Below are positions 24,501 through 34,936 of a DNA stretch of 38,836 bases, in pieces. The position numbers and the translations under genes are program-made. Each line of letters opens with the position of its first letter. The first letter of the stretch is position 1. The notes under the pieces were generated by a model. The model was not told the origin of the DNA and ran no database searches. It saw only the letters and a list, made by a program, of their open reading frames with translations. The stretch comes from Amoebophrya sp. A120. Its lineage: Eukaryota > Protista > Dinoflagellata. The stretch spans positions 276,461 to 315,296 of the forward strand of contig CAJINV010000006.1 in NCBI GenBank assembly GCA_905178155.1, written 5' to 3'.

Positions 24501-27500
24501 GCGCAGTGGCGGAAACGGGGCCTGCAACGTGCGCAGCAGGCCCGGGTGGACCGGCCGGTGCTGGTGCCGGTACTGCTGCAACACCAGGGGTCGGACCTGC
24601 AGGTTTTGGCTTTGGTTTCGCCGGCGCTAGAAACTCCGCTCCATAAACAGGTCCCGGGGGGAACAAGGTCGACAACACTGACGACGGTGAGCTCTGAGAA
24701 GGAGGAGAAAGCGGTTGGACGTGCTGCGGAGGTGGAGCTGTTGTGTCGGCGTGCCCACCTCCCTCAGGACCATCGTTGCCGGGGGCTGTTGGTGGACCGC
24801 TAGGGTTTCCTCCACGTGGATCACCATTGCCACCACCACCACTGCCTGGATCACCATCCCCGTTGAAAATTCTTGTCGGGACCAAAATATTCGGCTTATA
24901 CCCGCCGCCGAAGCCGCCAAACGGATTATACGCATCACCGTCCCCAGACCCCAGCTCTGCTTTTTGTTTGTTCGCCTCGCTAACGTTGCCCATATGCACT
25001 GCTAAGCCGGTAGCAACAGCGAGAAGACAAACGGCGATGATGGTGATAATGATGGTTGAGAGCGAAGAGGCCAAAAAAGCGGCGCAGGGGCCCGCGGAGG
25101 ATGTTGAGGATGAGGAGGGGTCCTCTGTCAGGGGGTGAAATTTGTCTTGTGAAAGGTCGTCGTGGTCATCAACATCTTCACGTGCACAAAAACTTGGTGT
25201 CCTCATCGTGTCGCGCTGCTCTTCATCGTCGAAAGTCCGTGTCGCAGATACCGAGCATGCGGCTTTGTTCCTGGAAGCAGGAGCAAAGTCTCTTCCTGTT
25301 ACATCTTCCGCCTTCTGAGGCTGCTGATGTGACAGAGAGGAATTATCGGCTCCTTCCCTTTCAGGAGGGAGTTCCTGAGCATTTATCTTATCCACCTCTT
25401 CCTCAGAGGATGACACCAGCTCTGGCTCGTGTTCTTCTGGCGGTTCGTTACCACAATCTCGCTTTATGCCGTGTTTCAACATTTTCTCCCCTTCGCAAGC
25501 CGACTTCCCGTCGGCTTTCTGCATTTGATTCGCATCGCCGCCGTGATGTTCATCCTGCGCAACGCCGTCGTCCTGTCGTCGTTTCAATAGCTCCACTTGT
25601 AGTTCCGCACCACCGGTTGTAGTGCCCTCGAGAGCAGTGGTCGAGTTGTAGGAGTAGCTCTCTTGTTTCGCCAAAAGCGGTAGAAACGCCGTTTGATCGA
25701 TGTACTCCTCTTCGTAAATGTCCGATAGCCGGCGGCCCTTCCATTTTATTGTGAGGAAAAATCCCCCCTCCCCATATCGAAAGCGGAGTTTGTGTTGCTG
25801 TATTTGAGTACACAAATCACATCTGTCTTGCTAGAGAGGACTGCAGACCCATATCAAGCCTGAGCAGAGATGCTTTGACTTAGGCGCTTAGCATGAGAAG
25901 CGTCCGTGATGTTGGCTCAACAGCATGACAAACCGCCTCCATAATGGGACGGAAGCTGCTGCCCTTGTCTTCTTGCAACACAAACGTGATTTGTGACCTC
26001 AAATCAGCAACACAAATTTGCGAAAGCCTACCTCTTCAATATGGGGAGGGGGGATTTTTCCTTGCGATACATTTCGTCGTCTTTCCTTTCATGTCTTGTT
26101 CGTTGACTAGATTTTTCGGCGTTTTCAGTAGCAGCTTTTGCTGTCTTTTCTTGGTCGTGGTTCCTCCACGACCTACTTCGCCTGGCTGCAAACTCGCATC
26201 ATACCCAAGATCATCTCCTGGTTATGCAAGAAAAAAACTGTGTAAGTGTAACTTTGTATTGCAGACGTTACAATACAGTTACACTTGTCATGTTGGATGT
26301 GCGTCAGAGGCTATTTTCATACGTGTTTTCGCGTACTAGCTACGCATGACAGGTTTTCTCTGTCATGCAGAGCAAATTTGTGATGCTGTTCCTGCAAAAA
26401 AGTTACACTTACACATTTTTTTCCTTGGATACTGGTGCTGGCGCCTCCAAATACTTCAGCACCGTCTGCGCGTCCCACCGCCTTTCCCACCGCCACCGCA
26501 GCGTGACTTGCAGTAATGATACCAGATGGCCGAAGAGCGCGGCGTCCTGCTCTTCCCACCTGCGGGACCTCGAATACAGAATCCGGACCCGGGAATCCGC
26601 CACGGCGAACTGCGCCCGCATCCCGCAGCCCTCTAAATGCTCGTACGGCGCACGCCCGTACAGCAATTGGTAGAGGATGATCCCCAGGGCCCAAACATCA
26701 GCCGCCGGGCGCATCTTCAAACTCGCCGACCCCTCGTCCGGCTGGTAGAACGCCTCCGGCGGCATGTAGCGCGGCGTGCCGCACTGGCGGTCGCGGGAAA
26801 CGTGGGTTATACCCTCTTCCTTGTTGATCCCCCGCGCGAGGCCGAAGTCATATCAAATGTAAAAATGTCTGGGCCTGGAAGATTGCAAGATGTGTCATGC
26901 TAGTCTGGCATGACTCTGCACTCTGTATTGCGTGGCCACAAACAGCCTCTCTCGCCTGTCATGCAAAAACGCACTTTCTTATGCGGAATGCGCAGCACAG
27001 AGGCACGAAAAAACTTGTCATGCTCGGCGGTGCGTTGCAGTTCACTTATTGTTCACTGATTTGCATCACAAGTTTCCCGACCCAGACATTTTTGCATTTG
27101 ATAAGTCAGAGACCTTCACGATGTTGTCCACGATGAGGAAATTCGCGGGCTTCAGGTCAAAGTGGATCAGCCCGAGACTGTATCAAATGTAAAAATGTCT
27201 CGGTCTGGAAGGTTGCCAGGTTTGTCATGCATATTTTACATGACTCAGGATGTCTGTAATGCATGCTCTAGCATCACATATCTCTAGAGGCCTTCCTGAT
27301 GCCTATCCCGCACGACAAATGCCCTCCCCGCGTAGCACAAACTGGGCGCCTCTTGCTGGTCATGCAATAGAGATTTTTTTAGAGTCCAAAGTTAGCATCA
27401 CAAGTTGCATTCTTCCAGACCCAGACATTTTTACATTTGATAGACTGTGGATGGCCGCGACGCCCGCGACCATGTCGCGCCAGAGATTGCGGATGTCGTA

Positions 27501-30008
27501 GATAGAAAAGATTTCGTAGTTCTTCCGAAGAAAGGAGTGCAGATTGGGTATCGGAGGGGAAAGGAGGTTCTTTGGTTGTTGAGCCAGTTCTTGTTCCAAT
27601 TGAGACAACATTTTCTCATGCTCATCATGTGGTTGTACATGCAAAAATTATGGCAATCGCGATGACAAATTACATGCGCTTGCGGCTGGTCCTGCACGAC
27701 TCCTCCGAGTCAATAAATATGCACAAGGTGCTTCTTGCCGCGCGCATCTTCATGCGTGCCATCTTCTTAATCGCGGTTTAGAATCAGAGAAACCATCTCT
27801 TTCAAACAAACCAACACAATCATTATTCCACCCCATACCACAGTCCGCGAATTCCAGCAAAATGTGGATCACCAAGTCTTTTGGAAAAAATTTCGCTTCG
27901 CCGATCATCTTCACTACCCGCAGCTCGTCCACCGCGTTGTGTCTACCATTCTGGGTACTAGTTCCGGCCTTCGCTGCCCGATTTTTGTCCCGCAAAGCCC
28001 GCAGCCAGTTTACCTCCATGGCGAACGAGCGCATTTGCCTCGCGTCCCGAGCGTAGACGACTTTGAGTGCGTAGCGGCTAACGGATAACGGAGAACCTTG
28101 CTCCTTGTTTCGACTTGCACTGCTGCTTGTTCCATTGGGCTGACCACTTCGCGACGCGCCGTCATGGTTGGAGCTATAGTTGCCCCCACGACTGCCCGAT
28201 CCCGAGGTCGTAGTAGTCGATCCTTCATCTCCCACACAAGTTCGCAGGTCAACGCACTCGAACACCTCCGCCGACCCGCCCTTCCCGATCCGCTTCACAA
28301 CTTCGAGCAATAAAGTCGGTTTGTTGAAGTCCACGTGATGGCTGTCAACCACCTGTTCGCCCATGCAGATGACCATGCCGGGGCCAACGCGGGCAGTGGC
28401 GGTCACAGCGATGTTTTTCCGCTGGATAAACGCAGCCGGGGAGAGTAACGAATCATTTTCCTGGTACGAAGTCCGGCAGTCCTCGTCGTTGAAATACTCT
28501 GGTAGGTCGCTCGGGGAATTGAGAAAAGGGGCGTTGTGGCGCCCGTAGACGGGGATGCTGCAGCCCGCGGAGGGGGGATGTAGATGGTCTTTTTGAGGGG
28601 AAAAACCATTCGCCACTTCTGCGTTCGCAGGACACATCCCTTCCACATCGGGGAGACCACTAGCATGATCCCGGGGAACAAGATCGGTGTCCTTCTGGAC
28701 GTCTTTGCCATCAGGCACAGGAGAAGGATCGACCTTTTCCGCGCAGCGTGGTAATATTATCGGCGTAGAATCCTCCGGGACGACTGGCGCGTTGTTGCGG
28801 CTGTCGGCCTTGATGTCGTGGCTGCACCCTCCAGAGCTGGTAGTGTCACGAGGATTTCTGATATGAAAGCCGCGACGTCCATTTCCATATTTCGCCGCTT
28901 CAGCTACAGGCTGAGCCTCCTCTTGATTCTGGTGAAGACGCGCTGACTCGTCCACATTTCGTTGTAGCTCGGTCCTCTTACCGTTGGATGTACCAACCAC
29001 AGGAGCCACCTTTGGCAAATCCGCCTGGTAGACGAAGTCTTGCAGTCCTTGAGGCTGCTGGTCGTTCTGGCCAGCATTTTGGTGTCGCTCCTGCGGTGCG
29101 GCGAGCTGTGTGTCACCGTTTTCGCAGTCGGCATTGCTTTCGAAACTGGTTTCTCTGTTTTCCAGCCGCCCTGTGTCTGTGCGGGAGTTCTTGTGCTTGT
29201 TGTCGCGATAGGCATCAGTGAGGCCCGCATGGTCCTCAACATCATGTCTGACCCTGGGAGCAGCCACGGAATAAGAGCTCTCGGAGGTGGGCTCTCTGTT
29301 CGGATTGTAGGACGAATATTGGTCAAGGTCATCTCGTGTCGCCGCAGGCCGGACTTCCACTTGGCCGCGGCCAGGGCGCCACGCAGGAGGAGTTCCACCA
29401 CCTACATCGCTTCTTAATATCACATCATCCTCAATCGTACTCGTCGCTGCCGGTCTCCTGGCGTCGTTTTGGTCTTGGTAATACGAGCTTCCATAATTAC
29501 CGGTGGGCAAAGTGGTGTTCACTATGCCGTCGTACGACGTCGCGTTATTTCGTTCATGGGCGCGAGGGTCACGTGGGCCGCCAACCACATCCCGTGCAGC
29601 TTGTTGCCACTCATACGCTGCCTCTTCTCGAACACCTTCTCCCGGTGCATGTTGTCCCACGTCGGCTCCAGCATTTGCGGCCTGTGCATGACAAACTTTC
29701 GGCTCGAAATCGAGTGTGGTCGCAGTATGCAACGCCGACGTTGCTTGCGTGGGAACTGGGGCGACGGGTAAAGGGTAGCTGGGTACGTCATGCTCTTCTT
29801 GGACAAAGCGCGCACGGTTATTTTCGAAGCGTCTATTCGTGTTACCCGGCACTGCTAAGTCGCGGCCGGCGTTAGAAGTAGCTCCACATGGAGGCTGTAT
29901 GCAACCGTGCGGATCTGGATGGTGAGGGTTCAAATTTTTACATTGGTCAGACGGAATCGCGGGTCGTGCGGGATTGTCGTTGAAATGGTGGCTGCGCCGG
30001 TCGCTCAT
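21563..30008 (-). CDS. Mps1/TTK-like protein kinase, continuous in frame with a transmembrane helix, a Pro/Ala/Ser-rich stalk and a Cys/Trp-rich C-terminal domain (about 2200 aa if a single gene)
   Basis: Kinase motifs after removing the elements: IGKGGSAEV, YALK, LEFADC/NLHSFLRK, IHFDLKPANFL, VKVSDFGLA, QCGTPRYMPPEA, DVWALGIILYQLLYGRAPY. Approximate exons: 30008-27840, 27545-27443, 27175-27104, 26845-26432, 26217-26070, 25741-22831, 22646-22223, 21960-21563. The kinase call is strong; the fusion is less certain. Confidence 0.8.
25747..26069. mobile_element. TIR intron element, family C (323 nt)
   Basis: TATTGTGAGGAAAAATCCCCCCTCCCCATAT...ATATGGGGAGGGGGGATTTTTCCTTGCGATA; DR CATTT; join TTK/WKGRR. 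Confidence 0.93.
26223..26431. mobile_element. TIR intron element, family B, reverse orientation (209 nt)
   Basis: TATGCAAGAAAAAAACTGTGTAAGTGTAACTT...AAGTTACACTTACACATTTTTTTCCTTGGATA; DR CTGGT. Confidence 0.93.
26851..27103. mobile_element. TIR intron element, family A (253 nt), inserted in the kinase DFG motif
   Basis: Family A TIRs; DR AGTCA; join TCT GAC T/TC GGC = SDFG. Confidence 0.95.
27181..27442. mobile_element. TIR intron element, family A (262 nt)
   Basis: Family A TIRs; DR GACTG; join AIHS/LGLIHFDLKPAN. Confidence 0.95.
27549..27837. mobile_element. Decayed TIR-type intron in the kinase hinge region
   Basis: Imperfect inverted ends TATCGGAGGGGAA / TTCCACCCCATA and no DR. Removing the core plus 5 nt (294 nt) gives EFADC/NLHSFLRK. 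Confidence 0.55.
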
Positions 30009-31185
30009 AGGGTACAGGTCCAGGTTGCGCCACAGTCTGAGGGAACGCCAGTCACTGGCTTTTAGGCAAAAATAAAGGGGTGTTGCTCCGTTTGTCGATG
30101 TCGATATCCTTGGGCGGGTGTTGCTCCATAACTTATTGTACAACTTTTACTCGAATAAACAAATAGTCACGATCAACCCTTTTCGGCGGATGAGGTACTA
30201 CAACTGCTGCATGCGCAAAAATCCGATCCTCGTGAAGAGGACTGCTCGTCCCGAATGCGTCTTTCAGCCTGTTCTTGCGCCCTTCGGATCTTCTCCACCC
30301 GCGACTACGAGATTGTAAAAACGCCTTCAGACGAGCAACAAGCTTGTGCTTCGTGCGGGTTTGGCGTTGGCGTCTCCTCGAATTGAAGGTAGATACAACT
30401 GCTCCATGCGACGTGTCCATGGGTTCACTTGTACAAATAAACTCCTTTCTAAAGATGAAAAGTCGCAGAGTTTTTATCTATGAATTTGCGTGCTGCTGAA
30501 ACTGAAACCGGTGGGGTGAATGCTGAGTGTCTTACAAAATTTTTTGTGCTCCGGCATCTACTTATCATACGTGGAAAAATGAAACAGTTGAAAGTGAAAG
30601 CGGTTCCTTTTCTATACATTCTCGTCCCGTATATCGATAAAACAATGCTGAGTGACTACAAAAGGGCTTCCAAGTTGTGCTAGTCATCATACACTAAACT
30701 CCAGAAACGTTGCCGGCTGTCAAAGGCAGTCTCATGGAGAAATTATCTAGGGCTATGTCTACGTACTGAAACACTGGTCGCCACTATACCGCAAGCACAA
30801 CTGCCCGTGCCTGAAGCGATGTTGAAAAATGATTTTTTTATCAAAACGCAGAGAGTGCTGAGACGATGCCACGACGACGAGAGGCGATCCGACAAGACGA
30901 CTACATACGATTAGATTTTTGGTACGGAGCGGTTTTAATGTCAGGTTGCGAGAAGAAGCACATGATTTTCACAAGCAAGATCAGTTCTGGCGATGAGAAG
31001 TAAAAAAGGGGTTTTCGATTTTGACTTTTGCGAATTAGTGTTCATCTTGAGAGCCTCGCACTACTAGTGCCATTTCTGCATGCACTATGTTGGAAATGGA
31101 TCACGGTGATGAACTATGTTGGAAATGGATTGTATATGCGTATTGTATTTTTATTTTTTCAGTTGTTTTTTGCAAATTAGTCGTG

Positions 31186-32732
31186 CCTTGAGGCAAATGC
31201 CCAACAACTGCGGAGGGGTAAGTAGCGGAGGGTGTAGACGGCACATGCAGAATCGCAGTGCCGTCCTGGTAGCAGAAGTGTAATAATAGATGGCGTCTGC
31301 TTTCAAAAAGTAAGCACTTTGCACTTTTAGCACTATCCGCAGCTAATTCTGGGTCTAATCGACTGCAACTTGCCCTCCGCCCCCCCTCCGCTAGGCGAGT
31401 GTCAAGACGTGACGCCATCCTGGAAAGCGTTTTATGCGTTGTTGATTTTGTTTCTCGGTTTTTTTGTCGGTTTCGTAAAATTTGAAAACTCAGCATGCTA
31501 TGAGGCACATGCCCCGCAACTGCGGAGGGGTCGCGGAGGGTGTAGACGGCACATGCAGAATCGCAGTGCCGTCCTGGTAACAGGAGTTTAACAATAAATG
31601 CCATCTGTTGTCAAAAAATAAGCACTTTACACTTTTCATACTATCCGCAGCTACCTCTGGGTCTAATCGACTGCAACATGCCCTCCGCCACCCCTCCGCT
31701 AGGCGAAGGTCAAGAGCTGATACCATGCTGAAAAGCTTTTTATTCGTTTTTACTTTTGTTTTTCGCTTTTCTTGCCGGTTTTGCAAGTTTTCAAAATTCA
31801 GCATGCTATGAGGAACATGCCCAGCAACTGCGGAGGGGTAGCGGAGGGTGTAGACGGCACATGCAGAATCGCAGTGCCGTCCTGGTAAGAGAAGTTCAAT
31901 AATAAATGCCATCCGTTGTCAAAAAGTAAGCACTTTACACTTTTCATACTATCCGCAGCTAATTCTGGGTCTAATCGACTGCAACTTGCCCTCCGCCACC
32001 CCTCCGCTAGGCGAGTGTCAAGAGGTGTCACCATGCTGAAAAACTTTTTATGCGTTTTCACTTTTGTTTTTCGCTTTTTTTGCCGGTTTTGCAAGTTTTC
32101 AAAATTCAGCATGCTATGAGGAACATGCCCAGCAACTGCGGACGGGTAGCGGAGGGTGTAGACGGCACATGCAGAATCGCAGTGCCGTCCTGGTAAGAGA
32201 AGTTCAATAATAAATGCCATCTGTTGTCAAAAAATAAGCACTTTACACTTTTCATACTATCCGCAGCTAATTCTGGGTCTAATCGACTGCAACTTGCCCT
32301 CCGCCACCCCTCCGCTCGGCGAGTGGCAAGAGGTGTTACCATGCTGAAAAGCTTTTTATGCGTTTCCACTTTTGTTTTTCGTTTTTTTGTCGGTTTTGCA
32401 TGTTTTCAAAATTCAGCATGCTATGAGGAACATGCCCAGCAACTGCGGAGGGGTAGCGGAGGGTGTAGACGGCACATGCAGAAGCGCAGTGCCGTCCTGG
32501 TAGCAGAAGTGTAATAATAAATGGCATCTGCTTTCAAAAAGTAAGCACTTTGCACTTTTAGTACTATCCGCAGCTAATTCTGGGTATAATCGACTGCAAC
32601 TTGCCCTCCGCCACCCCTCCGCTAGCCAAGTGTCAAGACATGACACCATGCTGAAAAGCTTTTTCTGCGTTTTTGCTTTTGTTTCTCGTTTTTTTTTGTC
32701 GGTTTCGCAAACTTTTAAACTTCAGCATGCTA
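31186..32732. repeat. 308-bp tandem repeat array, 5 copies, each with nested inverted repeats
   Basis: TCAGCATGCTA recurs at 31490, 31798, 32106, 32413 and 32722 (spacing 308, 308, 307, 309). Confidence 0.95.
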
Positions 32733-32788
32733 TACGTATCCTATACGGATTCAAAATCATATACAATCCATTTCCGACACGCATATAC

Positions 32789-32815
32789 GTGAGTCTGGTG
32801 ATTCACCAGACTCAC
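32789..32815. repeat. Perfect palindrome with 13-bp arms
   Basis: GTGAGTCTGGTGA-T-TCACCAGACTCAC. Confidence 0.85.
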
Positions 32816-34936
32816 TGACATTGACCTTGATGTAGTTCGTTGATCTCATCGCAAGTGCAGGTTATCGGAGCAGCAGGTAGTATTTTGAGAATAGGACTGT
32901 GCAGCACATCATGTCCATCTTCCTCCTGCATGCTGCAACGTCGTCGATTTCAAGGGAGGTTCTTTGACCTATTCATACATGGAGTGCAGGAACGATCATG
33001 ATCATGTTGATCCTGCATCCGTAGCCGGACTAAACCGTGTTGCTTCTTCGAGCGGACGAAGCTGTGGTGGGAAGGAGAAGAAGAACTGCAGCAGAGGCGC
33101 GTTTATGTCACAGTTCACAATGGATCATTATCACCTGCTCTTCGGACAAGCACAACTACTCCAAGCGCATTTTGATTGAACCGTCGAGAAGTAGTTGTTT
33201 TGGCATCCTCCTCAACAAGAAGCAGCCGATTCGCAGGTCTCGTTGTCTTCGCCCGTTGCGCCCATGAATTTTTCGCCAAACTCGACCTCCTGTATCAGCA
33301 TCGCCGACAACAGCGCCATTTTCTCATTTTTGTGAGAAGCTAGAAAAACTAACTCGTGGTCCGACAAGGTAGAGGACTTGCACTTCTACTCTACTCTAGG
33401 CCTAACTGCTAAGCGTCAACCACAAATTCAGCAACGCTGCGCTTGTTCCAACACAACATGTTCCAACAGAGAAAGAACTTGTTCTACATGCAATCATCAA
33501 ACACAAACAAGGACAAGGAGAAGAACGGCACAACCCGCGGGCGACGCAAGGAACAGAGCGAGATTTTAGCTTTCGCATCGCAATCATTTTTGTGCACTGG
33601 TCGTTAGAAGCAGAGCAGCCGGCTGCAATTGTAGCCACGCTAGACGACCTAGCCTGCATAGCCGCTGTCACTGTAGGCTAGGTATAGCCTAGCTGCAACG
33701 GCGGCTGGCTGCTGTCACTCAGCACTGCAGACGAGACAGCTGCGGATTCTCACAGTAACTGTCTGCTCGTCTGCATGGTTTTATAATTTTTTTTGTCATC
33801 ATAAGCTTTTGGTACAAGGGATAGAAATTCATTTTCAACTGCTGCTTCCGTGTTTCTTTTTCATCCTCGATCGTTCGAGTTTCTTGCCACAACGCAATTG
33901 ATCGACATAATTGTTCCTTCTGTCGTGATACGGTGGCTACTGACTTGGTGACTTTCAAGTCAAATAAAACTCTCATCGACCACCTACCTGTAGTGCTGGA
34001 TCATGATCGGGGATCGGAATTTGTGATGCTGATTTCGAATATCATAAATAGTTTGTAATGCTATATTTCGAATAGTAATTGACTAGTTTTGAGATGGACA
34101 AAAACCACAAATCTTCGTAGTTCGCGTTTCGTGTTTGTCAGCTTGTAATGCTAGTTCTGCCATGCTACGCACCTCCTCGCGACCTGGGCCACAACCATTG
34201 TTGCGTACCACAGTCGTGGCATGACATGCTTTTTCGTTTTTTAATAGAGTTAATACGTTCCTACTTTTCAATATCCTGTCCACATAACGGCACAGAAATA
34301 TTTTGGTTACACAGGTGAAACAGTTTTCAAAAGATCTTCCCACGATGAAAGGTTTTGTGAGACAGGATTTGATCGCTGTGGAATAAAAGGTTTCAATTTA
34401 CTGTGGATCGTCTATGAATTGTTGGTAAAAATAATCGGAATTTCGTCCTTATTGACTTCTGACAAACATCGACACTTCTTCTATACTAGCTGGTCGTGAA
34501 TGCACCAGATTTCCTACAGATACCATAGACTCAGAGTCGTCGTGAGACTTCCTCGACTTCCGGACCCGTGCTCTCCCGAAGTAGACTTACTCGAAAAGGA
34601 GAGAGGTTTCATGACCAAAGTGCATCTATTGAATGAGTTTGGACTATTAAATACGTGCTGGTAGGCCGCTTTATGATGACAGTCATCTTACGTTAAAAAT
34701 AGAAAAACAAAACAAGTACAGAACTGGCTGAGAAGAAGTTTGTTCACGGAAATAAAGTAAAGTCACTCATGGTAGGAGGTATTCGGCTAGAATTTCAAAT
34801 ATTTGTATTTCAGCAAAATACATAGTAGAAGGGAGAAACCTATTGTACAATTTAGGAGGAAGAACAGAAGAACAAAAGAAGACCACTACTTCATTTTTCC
34901 GCAACTACTACAGTGGTTAAGGAAAGAAACCCTACT

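Noticed and set aside
31101-32649. Repeated 140-aa minus-strand ORFs as a tandem gene family
   Set aside because: The 308-bp unit is not a multiple of three, the ORFs overlap one another and break in some copies.
32820-34900. An autonomous transposase for the elements
   Set aside because: Only short ORFs are present and I saw no DDE, tyrosine recombinase or reverse transcriptase motifs.
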